This document shows, piece by piece, positions 1-10,909 of a stretch of 64,000 nt of DNA. Position numbers and translations under genes: made by a program. Position 1 is the first letter of the stretch; every line of letters begins with the position of its first letter. The notes below the pieces were generated by a model that made no database searches, was not told where the DNA came from, and saw only the letters and a list, made by a program, of their open reading frames with translations. This DNA is from Mobula hypostoma (Eukaryota): positions 146,260,001 to 146,324,000 of the forward strand of contig NC_086097.1 in the NCBI RefSeq assembly GCF_963921235.1, in the 5' to 3' direction.

Positions 1-1003
1 TATTCTCCCCTCATGGAGCTCAGTAACTTACACTTTCAACCTATACGGATCTCTTTTAATTAGCGAAACCAGTACTTTCTCATGCCACTACCTTAGATTT
101 GTGCAGTTGGGTTAAAAGCAACTGCAGATGCACTAGATATCAATTAAGAACCATATTTCCTCAATTATTATTTTATATAGAGATTATTTTGAATGTCTTT
201 GCTAGATTTCACCCACTCTTCTATACATAAATGATTTTAACTCATTTAACATACTAGATACATTACAACTAAATTACTACATACAAGTCTGACCACTGAA
301 AGAATGTGATGTTACAAGAGGGGGCTTAGAGAAGATTTGCGGATTTTTGACTGAATAAGTTTAGTTACAATAAAAATATATGAAACTGAGGGAAATTGTG
401 AGAGAACTGGATAGGCCCAAGAGAAAGGAATTATTCCCCAATGTAGAGAGCATAATATCTAGGAGACGCAGACCTAAGTTCACAGAAGGATTAGAAGAGA
501 AAAGATAATTTCACAAAGGAGTGGCGAAAGATCGCACTCTCTGGAGCAAAAATTTCAATACATTTATAAGCTATCAAATAAGCACCCAAAACCTACAAAT
601 GGCAAAGCTACAGTCTGAGAGTGAAGAAGCAGGATTGACATTAATAGCCGGCTTTCAGCCAGCATTGAGAGAATGAACCAAGTTATACATTGCTTGGATT
701 CTATGAGTGCTTCTGTTAGTTTCCAGCCTCGCATTCTATTGTACTCATGATAAATCAATAAAACTATTAAGCTGGATGGTTTCAAAGTCATGGATTACAT
801 TGCCCAAATAGTCTGGAAACAGAGCCAGTAATACTTTTTTAAAGGAATCAAAGGAAGCAGTTGTGTGACTTTGGGAAAAGACAGAGTGAGTGGAACACGG
901 TTCATTTCAATAGACAGCAGAGGAATGGTGTAAATGACAGGACCATCCTGGATACATATGATGGGATCCTGACTGCTCCATCACTCATTTACTTCACTCC
1001 TAC

Positions 1004-1215
1004 CTTCCGGAAAAGTCAGTATGAGGAGGCATGTAACACCACCAAGCAACAGGAAACATCCTTGACATTTTTTCCGACCAAATCTCGCCAAGAACCAGAT
1101 GCAAGAAACACGGAGGATTTCCATTAATCCAAAGATGAAGTTTGTTAGGTAAATGTTCTTGCCAAAACTTCCAACACTGAAGCATAATCCATAATACACA
1201 AAGCTGTTTACAGAC
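1004..1215 (-). pseudogene. SLC22A13: SLC22A13-like exon 7 (212 nt)
   Basis: CACAG|G, SVNSFVYYGLCFSVGSFGKNIYLTNFIFGLMEILRVSCIWFLARFGRKKCQGCFLLLGGVTCLLILTFPE, donor G|GTAGGA. Confidence 0.9.
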
Positions 1216-2670
1216 CTGTGATACCAAGAAAGAAATGTGATCATTTTGTAACTTATAGTGATTTTTTAATGTCTTTGTATTGTATTGCTACTGCAATAAA
1301 ACAAATCACATAATATGCAAATCAGCAATGAAATCCTGGATCTGTTTCCTTACTGCAGCTCACTTTCCGTATTGATAAAACTATACACATATATACAAAA
1401 ATAACAACATTTTGGTCCCATTGTTTAAGAAAGGATTTTTCTGAACCATTGGAGGCCAGAAGGAATTCACTAGGCTAATTCCTAGGGTGAGAACAATCTC
1501 CTATCATGAATGGTTTGAAAACAAGTTACACTTGTTTGGAGTTTAGAAGAATGAGAGATGAAATTTTTGAAACATCAGAAACTAGGGGGACATGATGACA
1601 GAGTAGATATTGAGATGTTGGATACTTGACATGAAGCAAATGCTATAAGGGGGCAGTCATTTAAAACTTATGTCTAAAGGAATTTCTTGCTACAGAAATT
1701 GATAAAACTCTGGAGTTCTTTGGCTTTGAGAACTCTGAAGGATAGTTCACCGGAGATGGTTAAAAGAGGGGTAGGTAATGTTTTGAATGACTATGCCTAC
1801 TTTCTTCTGTGCGTTGACAGTTTTGCACTTTAAAAGGAAGGAATAAGCATTCTTCTTAAGCTGAGGAAGGAAGGGATATGGCAGGTTTCTTGTGACGATA
1901 AGAGGCAGGAGGAAGAAATTGGTCTTCTGCAGTGTGGTGTTACAATGGAGAGGACTAGCCCAGTAATCATATTGGGATTTGGGGGAAAGTTCAGCTTAGC
2001 CTTGTGTTGGGTAAAATGGGGGTGGGGGAGAGAGAAATTGATGGTCTTTTACCATTGGGGGAGGGTTAAAGCACATTCTGAGAGGAGAAGATCGAAAGTG
2101 GCGTTTGATGTGAGGGTAGGAGGGTGGAAGAGGGAGTGGCAGCATGTGAAAGAGTTAGGGGATCACACATCAAGTTTGAGTGCTGGTCAGAGATCCTAAA
2201 GAAGTGGATCTGATGAGATGAGGATTTTCCAAAGATATTACCAAACTATTTAACCTACCTTAATTAAAATCATTGTTGTTCCAAACTACTCAACAAAAAA
2301 CCTTCAGACACTCACACAATGTAATCCAAATTTTCTTGTGATGGCCCAAAAAGAGCATTGCACACAAATGGCTTTATTATGAAAATAATGTTGGGGTTGC
2401 AAGGGTGACCCACAATGGACAGTAACTGGTCAATTTTCATGACAGGTGCAATGAGACCTGGTAAAAGGTCAGAAACACCATATACACTGGATTAAATTCA
2501 TTTTCAGTTTTGGGGACATTTAAAAAATGTTTTACCAATTTTCCAAATATTTTGGGTTATAAACCATAGTCTTTGTTTGTAACTTCCCCAAATAACTGCA
2601 CAGGATGGGGACATTTCTGTTACCCAGCATTATGAAATATAAAGTTTATTAATTAAAAATCCAATATTAC

Positions 2671-2762
2671 CAAATGAAGGTCAAAACTAATGTAACTCTT
2701 CTCAGACTTGATATCCTGAAAGGATCCCAGAACATGACCTGCATGATTTCTTTCACAATGAC
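2671..2762 (-). pseudogene. SLC22A13: SLC22A13-like exon 6 (92 nt)
   Basis: TTCAAG|GTC, VIVKEIMQVMFWDPFRISSLRRVTLVLTFI(W), donor TG|GTAATA; resembles the DLFR..LR..TL...W motif; phases fit exons 5 and 7. Confidence 0.8.
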
Positions 2763-2869
2763 CTTGAATGTAAATGTAGAAGTATTAGGTAAACAGAATC
2801 AGTGAATTCAAAATACCTGGCATGCCGGCGTTGAAACAAATACATCTACTCCAATTGGAAATCAAAAAT

Positions 2870-3240
2870 AGTAGGAGTACATTTAAGAAGGGAATCAAGA
2901 GGGCATAAAGAGAGCAATGAAATGGATCTGGCAAATAAGTTTAAGGAAAATCCATACAGATGCTATAGATATATTGAGTAAAAGGACATCCAGGGAGAGA
3001 GTACCTCCCTTAAAGGTCATTCTGTCTATGTATGGAGCCACTGGAGATGTGTGATAATACTACTGAATATTTTTCATCAGTTTTTATTCAGGAGAAAATC
3101 ATGGAAGCTAAGATACTGAGGTAAATTACGTTTGTAGTTGACCATAGATTCGTACTGGCAGATTAAGGAGGATAAATTCCCAGAACCTGACCAGGAAAAT
3201 AATTGTGGAAATTCTTGCAGAAATATTTGCATCATCTATA
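2870..3240 (+). mobile_element. Degenerate CR1 LINE ORF2 fragment
   Basis: Decayed KENPK.FY.YI..KR and DKSPGPD-like segments, similar to the copy at 58150-59345. Confidence 0.6.
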
Positions 3241-3406
3241 GGCATACAGATAACCTTAAGGCTGCTGTCAAATCTGTTTGATAATGTTCACGTAAACCAT
3301 TAGAGATACTGTAATATGTTAACAATTCTGAATTTATTTTGAGAGCTATTTAGTGATGCAGGGTATAGTAATAATGGTTTCACCTTCTTCCTTAATCTCA
3401 TATTTA

Positions 3407-4755
3407 GAATCAGAATCAGGCTTAATATCACCGGTATTTGTCGTGAAATTTCTTAACTTAGCAGCGGTAGTACAATGCAATGCATGATAATATAGGGAAA
3501 ATATGTAAATCAATTACAGTAAGTATACTGTACAAATGCATATTAAATAGTTAAATTTAAAATAGTGCAAAAACAGAAATAATAGAAGTGAAGTAGTGTT
3601 TATGGATTCAGTGGCCATTTAGGAATTGGATGACAGAGGGGAAGCAGCTGTTCCTAAGTTGCTGAGTGTGTGCCTTCAGGCTTCTGTACCTCCTTCCTGA
3701 TGGTAACAGTGACAAGAGGGCATGTCCTTACTGATGAGGGCCCTTAATGATGGACACCGCCTTTCTGAGGCACCGCACTTTGAAAATATCTTGGATACTA
3801 CAGAGGCCAGTACCCATGATGGAGCTGGCTAATTTTACAACTTTCTGTAGCTTCTTTCAATCCTGTGCAGTAGCCCCCCACCACCACATCAGAGAATAAT
3901 GCAGCCTGTCAGAAGTCTGTGGAAGTTGAGTGTTTAGGTAACAAACCAAATCTTTTCAAGTTCCTAATGAGATATAGCCATTGTCTGCCTTCTTTATAGC
4001 TGCATCGATACGTTGGGAACAGGTTGGATCCTCAGAGATCTTGATACCCAGAAACTTGAGGTTACTCACTCTGTCCACTTCTGATTTCTCTGAGGATTGG
4101 TTCATGTTCACTCATCTTACCCTTCCTGAAGTCCACAGTCAGCTCTCTGGTCTTACTGACGTTGAGTGCCAGGTTGTTGCTATGACATCACTCAACTAAC
4201 TGGTATATCTCACTCCTGTACGTCCTCTAGTCTCCATCTGAGATTCTTCCAACAATGGTTGTATCATCAGCAAATTTATAGATAGCATTTGAGCTATGCT
4301 AAGTCACAAAGTCATGGGTATAGGGTCAAGCAGAGCAGTGGGCTAAGCACACATCCCTGAGGTATGCCAGAGTTGATCATTAGTGAGGAGGTGATATTAT
4401 TACCAATCCGCACAGATTGTGGTCTTCCAGTTAGGAAGTCGAGGATCCAATTGCAGAGGGAGGTATAGCGGCCCAGGTTCTGTAGCTTATCGATCAGGAC
4501 TGTAGGAATGATGGTGTTAAAATGCTGTGCTTTAGTCAACGAACAGCATCCTGACATAGGTGTTTTAATTGTCCAGGTGATCTAATCTAAAGAAGTGTGA
4601 AGAGCTTTTGAGATTGCGTCTGCCGTAAACCTATTATGGCAAACTGCAACGGGTCCTGCTGAGGCAGGAGTTGATTCTGGTCATGAACAACCTCTCAGAG
4701 AATTTCATCCCCATAGATGTGAGTGCTACTGGACAACAGTCATTAAGGCAGCTTA
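3407..4755 (-). mobile_element. REX1/Babar-type LINE, 5'-truncated
   Basis: RT remnant [30 protein letters not shown]...[10 protein letters not shown] (ORF 4312-4557); short tandem 3' tail (GATTCT)n at ~3407-3420. Confidence 0.8.
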
Positions 4756-5287
4756 TTTTTATGTTCCAGTGCTAACAGTGCATTTTATAAAATGGTTAAC
4801 ATGTTAACTTAAGATCGTGCCTTTTACTTGCTGTCAATGGCTGCACAGTCAGCTTGCAAATCATAATCACTGAATGCCAGAAAATACCCCATCAGCGAGT
4901 TACTCATTGGCATGAAACTGAAGTTGCTGAACCTGTGTGAATAGTGCTGCTGGCACAGAGAGAGAGAGCAAGTGATCGTCTTAGTCACTTTTCTTACGAT
5001 TGCAGGAACTTATTGTACATTGTTAACAAGGTATGCTCAAGTCTGATTCACTGATTTATTGGCGGATGGTGGGGGCTCTACGTGGTCGTAAACTCATCCA
5101 TGCTGATAGAGGCCTATCTAAGCTAGTCTCAGCTGCCGCATTTGGCCCTCAACCCTGTAAAGCAGGGGTTCTCAACCTGGGCTCCTCAGACCCCTTGCTT
5201 AATGGTATTGGTCCATGGCATAAAAATGGTTGGAAACCTCTCCCATCTATGTGCCAATCTAAATATTGCTTAAATGTTAATGTAAAT

Positions 5288-5597
5288 ACGAGGAATTCTG
5301 CAGATGCTGGAATTTCAAGCAACACACATCAAAGTTGTTGGTGAATGCAGCAGGCCAGGCAGCATCTCTAGGAAGAGGTACAGTCAACGTTTCGGGCCGA
5401 GACCCTTCGTCAGGACTAACTGAAGGAAGAGTTAGTAAGAGATTTGAAAGTGGGAGGGGGAGGAGGAGATCCAAAATGATAGGAGAAGACAGGAGGGGGA
5501 AGGATGGAGCCAAGAGTTGTAGGGTGATTGGCAAAAGGGATATGAGAGGATCATGGGACAGGAGGCCCAGGGAGAAGGAAAAAGAGGGGGGGGGAAC
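5288..5597 (-). mobile_element. Penelope-like element terminal repeat (pLTR) fragment
   Basis: Reverse complement of the 7560-7810 copy; contains a hammerhead motif; same family as the GIY-YIG-bearing copy at 47900. Confidence 0.8.
5382..5417 (-). ncRNA. Minimal type I hammerhead ribozyme motif (intact core)
   Basis: AGUC-CUGACGA-aGGGucucggCCC-GAAA-C-GUU-GACU: stem I AGUC/GACU, CUGANGA and GAAA boxes, stem II, NUH triplet. Confidence 0.75.
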
Positions 5598-5599
5598 TT

Positions 5600-6250
5600 A
5601 AATGTTATTTTAACTTATTCTACCTCTTCCTCTAGCAGTTCCATCCATAAATCCACCACCCTCTACATGAGGAAGTTGCCCTTGGGTCCCTTTTAAATCT
5701 TTCCCCTCACCTCAAACTATGTTGTCTAGTTTTTGATCCCTTTCCCTGGGAAAATAATTGTGTGCATTCATCCTATTTATTGATGCTCTTTGTACCCCTC
5801 TACAAGGTCACTCCTCAGTCTCTTACCTCCTACAGTCCAAGGAATAAAGTCTGAGCCTACCCAACCTCTCCCTATAACTCAGACCCTCAAATCTTCGCAA
5901 TATTCTTGTAAATTTTCTTTTCACTCTGTACATAGATGACATCTTTCCTGTAACAGGGTGACCAAAGCTGTACATAATACTCCAAATGTGGCCTTACCAA
6001 TGCCTTGTACAAGTGAAACACAATTTCCCAACTACTATACTCAGTTCCCTGACTGTTTAAGGCCAACATGCCAAACACTTTCTTCACCACCCTGTCTATC
6101 TGTAATTCTACTTACAGCTAACCATGTAGCTGTACTCCTAGGCTCCTGTGTTCTACAACATTCCGCAAGGCCCTATCATTCACTGTGATAGTCCCACACC
6201 AGTTGGACTTCCCAAAATATAACACCTTGTATTTATCTGAATTGAACAGA
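5600..6250 (-). mobile_element. CR1 LINE 3' fragment
   Basis: LYKALVRPHLEYYVQLWSP (ORF 5887-6090). Confidence 0.8.
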
Positions 6251-6912
6251 CCAACTACCTACTGTAACTGATCAAAATCAGCCTAAAATTTTTGATATCC
6301 TTGTCTATAATAGCATCTATTTTAATGTCATTTGAAATCCTCCTAACCAAGCCTTGTATATTCACATTTATTAATTTAAATGTTAAACAAGAATGGTTCC
6401 AACACAAATTCCTGGAACAAATTTGACACCAGGCTTAAAGTTACACTATGCCTGAAGAATGTATTTCAATGAAGAAAAGGATTCTAAAGGGTATAAGTTC
6501 TATTGAGAAAATTGCAGAGTTTGGGCCATGGTACCTGAAGAATCAAAAGCTGGCCCATTAATGCCTGATACATAAAAAGCTTAAGATCTGAAGCAAATCT
6601 TTCTCAGAGGGTCATAGGGTTGGGGGAGATTGCAGAGGTAGGTAGAGATGAGATTATAAAGGCATTTTCAGACCAAGGTAAGAATTTTAATATTCAGGCC
6701 TATTTGGAGAGCAATATCAATATAATGTTTTAATATCTTTGCTTTAAGCTTTGATTTGCCATTCATACTATATAGATGAAAAATTGTGCTTATGTTGTAT
6801 GATGCAATGAAAAGCATGTTTATTTATTATATTGCTTAATATTAGCTTTCAATTGAGCATTATCTTCACAACTCAAAGAAGTTATTTATCTTTACACTCC
6901 CATGACATTTAC

Positions 6913-7033
6913 CTTGTCAATTAATGATTCATTTATTGCCCTTCTGTTCATTATTGCTGCTCTCCGAAGATACCCATTGGCTGCTTCTTTTTGTCCTTTC
7001 ATTATAAGCCATCTTGCAGACTCTGGAAGCAAC
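6913..7033 (-). pseudogene. SLC22A13: SLC22A13-like exon 5 (121 nt)
   Basis: CCTTAG|G, LLPESARWLIMKGQKEAANGYLRRAAIMNRRAINESLIDK, donor AAG|GTAAAT; PESARWL is the SLC22/MFS signature. Confidence 0.9.
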
Positions 7034-7354
7034 CTAAGGGGACATCATTAAATTTAAGTGATTGAGTGGCAAACAGTACATATTTGTTAAGTACTGTATA
7101 AGCCTATTTTAAGCTTAAATGACCAACATTGTAAACATTCTTAAAAAAAATACATATTGACATTGGTTTAAGAGTACGAGTTCATGAGGCGATGCATGAT
7201 GACTAGTTAAGACAGAAATAGGGTTTCCTACAAAGAATATTCTGTAACAGATTAGTGTTTAAACCTTGCAGAAAATGAACATTTGCCCACAAACTTACAT
7301 TGTGTTAAACAGGAATCAGACAGATAATGTACAGAACAAATACATTGCACCTAC

Positions 7355-7812
7355 CAGACTGGGAGATCATTTCGCTGAACACCTACGCTCTGTCCGCCAT
7401 TGACTTCTCAAACCTCCGCTAATGCCCCATCTCCCCCTCGTACCCCATCCGTTATTTATTTATATACACACATTCTTTTTCTTTCTCTCCTTTTTCTCCC
7501 TCTGTCCTTCTCACTGTACCCCTTGATCATCCTCTGGGCTTTTTCTCCCCCTCCCCATTTTCTTTCTCCCTAGGCTTCCTGTCCCATGATCCTCTCATAT
7601 CCCTTTTGCCAATTAACTATACAGCTCTTGGCTCCATCCCTCCCCCTCCTGTCTTCTCCTATCATTTTGGATCTCCCCTTCCCCTCCCACTTTCAAATCT
7701 CTTACTAGCTCTTCTTTCAGTTAGTCCTGATGAAGGGTCTCGGCCCTAAACGTCGACTGTACCTCTTCCAATAGATGCTGCCTGGCCTGCTGCGTTCATC
7801 AGCAACTTTTAT
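7355..7812 (+). mobile_element. Penelope-like element 3' fragment with pLTR
   Basis: RLGDHFAEHLRSV-type GIY-YIG tail remnant, pyrimidine-rich tract, hammerhead motif at 7723-7758 with GAAA>TAAA. Confidence 0.8.
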
Positions 7813-8997
7813 CAATGAAGGTTGTGGGGTTAAAGTAGAGATTACTGCAATCTGCCAATATGACCAAGACAATAAGTACTGAGGTATCGACTAAGTAACC
7901 TCTGAACCTAGAGGAAGCAGTCTTTAGATTTTACTTTGAAAGCCTGGTGAAATATTTTTGCTCTTTTAAGGAAAGCTATTTTTTAAACTTGGTTTTGATT
8001 ACCTTGCACGCTTCCCAATAATCTTAACTATGACTTAAAACTCTATGAAGATCCCTGGTAATACCATTGTCTCTTCATTCTCCACTCCAAAAAAAGAAAA
8101 CTATTATTTACCTCTACTTTCAGCCTTTAAGTAAAATTGCTGTCTATGCTACAGTTGACCCTTCAATATCCCTGTTCTCACTTTTGCTCATCATTCTTCA
8201 TTTTGAAATTTTATCAAAAGGGCTTCTGAAAGTTCATGTAAATGACACCACCTACATTGCTTTAATTAGCCTCCTCTGATTTCTTTTGTTAAGGTAACCA
8301 TTGTGTCAAGCACAATTTGTCTTTAACAATGCTGAAACTTAGAGAGTACAGGGGTCAGATAAGATGGAACAGAATGATGTATTTTTCTATAGGTAAGTGA
8401 AAAACTGATAGAGACATTTAAAAATATGGGATGGGAGTGGGGAGGAGAAGAAACAAAGTTATCATTTCAGGCTGATGACCTTCCATCAGAACTACGATAA
8501 GTTAGAAATCAAACATATTTTAAGTTGAAGGGAAGGAGAGTTGTAGAGAATATCTGTGAAAGGGTGGAGACCAAAAGAGATGGAACAACACCATTGGTAA
8601 TGGAATAGATAGATTTAAAGACAAAGACAACTGAAAACTGAGAATACCACACAGAATTGATCAAGGGTGGCCTGCAAAACAATGATATGGACCAAGTTTG
8701 TTTCTTAATGTGAATACCACATCAAGCATACTGAATGGGTACAGAATATTAGAAATAGGTGACTAGCTGATTCACATACAAGGTATTTGGACGTTAGGAA
8801 GGGAAGAGGTGAAAGCAAGTGTTATATCTGCTGCAGTTCCATGGGAAGATGTATTGAGAAGGGGAATAGGTGTTGATAGAGATGAAAGGTTGAACCAGGG
8901 AGTCACAAGGGGACTGTTAGGTAATCCTGCACAAGGGCTCCCAAGTGCCTTTGCACTTCAATTTTTTGTATTTTCTCTCAATTTAAATTTCTTCTAT

Positions 8998-9878
8998 CAA
9001 AGTGCAGGACCATACACTTCCAAACACTGTATTCTATCTGCCATTTCTTTACTCATTCTCCTAATCTGCATAAATCCTTCTGTAGCCTCTCCATTTCTTC
9101 AAAACTACCTGCCCCTCCACCTATCTTCATATTGTCTGCAAACTTTGCAACAAAGCCATCAATTCCATCATCCAAATCATTGACATATAATATAAAAAGA
9201 ATTGGTCCCTACACAGACCCCTGTGGAACACCACTAGTCCCTGACAGCCAGCCTGAACAGGGTCCTTTATTTCCACTCTTTGCCTCCTGCCAATCAGCCA
9301 CTGCATTATCCATGCTGGAATATTTCCCATAATACCACGTGCTCGTAGCTTGTTAAGCAGCCTCATGTGTGACACCTTGTCAAAGGCCTTCTGAAAATCC
9401 AAGCACACAACATCAACTGATCCTTCTTTGTCTATCCTGCTTGTTATTTCTTCAAAGAGTTCCAACAGCTTTGTCAGGCAAGATCTTTCCTTGAGCAAAC
9501 TATGCTGACTATGGCCTACTTTATCATGTATCTCCAAATATCCTGAGTAATTAATAACCCTTAATAATTGACTCCAACATCTTCCCAACCACTGAGGCCA
9601 AACTAACTGGCCTATAATTTCCTTTCTGCTGCCTCTCTCCTTTCTTGAAGACTGGAGACGTTTTCAATTTTCCAGAATCTAGTGATTCTTGGGAGATCAT
9701 TACTAATGCCTCCATAATCTCTTCAGCCGCCTCTTTCAGAACTCTGATGTGTACACCATCTGATCCAGGTGACCTATCTACCTTTAGACATTTCAGTTTC
9801 CCAAGAACCTTCTCTCTAGTAATGGTAACTTTACACACTTCATGCCCCCAGCACCTGGAACTTGCACCATACTGCTAG
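8998..9878 (-). mobile_element. CR1 LINE RT fragment, truncated at both ends
   Basis: SPGSDG, GNYRPVSLASVVGKMLE, DVVCLDFQKAFDKV (ORFs 9551-9838, 9127-9588). Confidence 0.88.
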
Positions 9879-9905
9879 AAAGAGTAATAACAATTTCATT
9901 CCTAC

Positions 9906-10060
9906 CAAAAACGACTGTGTTCGTCATTATGCCAGACACTGAAGTACCAAGAACAAACTGCAAAACAATGAATAAGCTGATGTTTGGTACAAATGCTGCT
10001 CCTACTCCTGTGATAAGCTGAAGAAGCAGTGAGACTAAAATACTTCTTTGTCGACCAAAC
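9906..10060 (-). pseudogene. SLC22A13: SLC22A13-like exon 3 (155 nt)
   Basis: TATAG|G acceptor, (R)FGRQRSILVSLLLQLITGVGAAFVPNISLFIVLQFVLGTSVSGIMTNTVVF, donor G|GTAGG. Confidence 0.9.
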
Positions 10061-10909
10061 CTATAAGAGAAATGGCAACAAGTCATTGAGTGCAAATTGA
10101 AAATGCTGGAGTTACTCACCTGCAGAGAGTGAAATGGTGTTAGTATTTCAGGTCAATGACCCTCCATCAGAGCTCATTCTGTTCTGGGACATTGATTCTG
10201 ATCCTCTATCTATAAATACATCGACACTGAGAATCACCCTGCATTTTGGCTCTAATTTCAGGTTTCCTGTAGCATAACGATTTTCTAAGTATTGAATGTG
10301 TTGTCCATTGGCTGACATCTCAAGAGGTTTCACCTCTCAAGGAGCATAGTAGATTGCAGTAACTTCCTCAAAAAACATTTGGGCTGAATTCTAGTATCAA
10401 ATTCAACCAAGCTGCTCGATTATCGGGTGGGAGTTACTAGTGACAGTGATGGTAAACAGAATGCTTGGGATTCGTAACGGGAGAACAGTAGTGTTAATAA
10501 ACTCAGTCAGGTCCTAGTTGGTTGGAATGGAATGATTAAAAACATATCCTGGTCACTAATCACAAAGATTAAGCGGGAGAATTAGATTTAAGACAGGACA
10601 CTGATAAGTGTTTTGTTAGTCTACCTAAGAGTAGTTCTTTTAAAGTTAAATAAATAATTCTGCAAAGTTTTTAATAAAGTGCTTAAACATGTAGATTAGG
10701 ATACTCTCAAATTTTAGTTATGGCTTGTCCTTTACTATTTGGGGCAACAGTAAGGATGAAATTATTTTACCCTCTAACTTTTTGGGTTGAATTTGAATAA
10801 ATTTCATCTCAATAGAGTAGTCTGAAAATAGAAGGATAATTATATAATCTTAATTTCTTGTCAGATTAAGATGCTAAAAACTACAGCCACTGAGAAAGTC
10901 AGTGGAAAT

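Noticed and set aside
2316..2457. Exon-like segment on the minus strand with good splice signals (CCTTTTACCAG|G ... GT|GTGAGT) between SLC22 exons 6 and 7
   Set aside because: 142 nt, stop in the required phase, no SLC22 similarity, and exons 6 and 7 already join in frame; at most a cryptic exon
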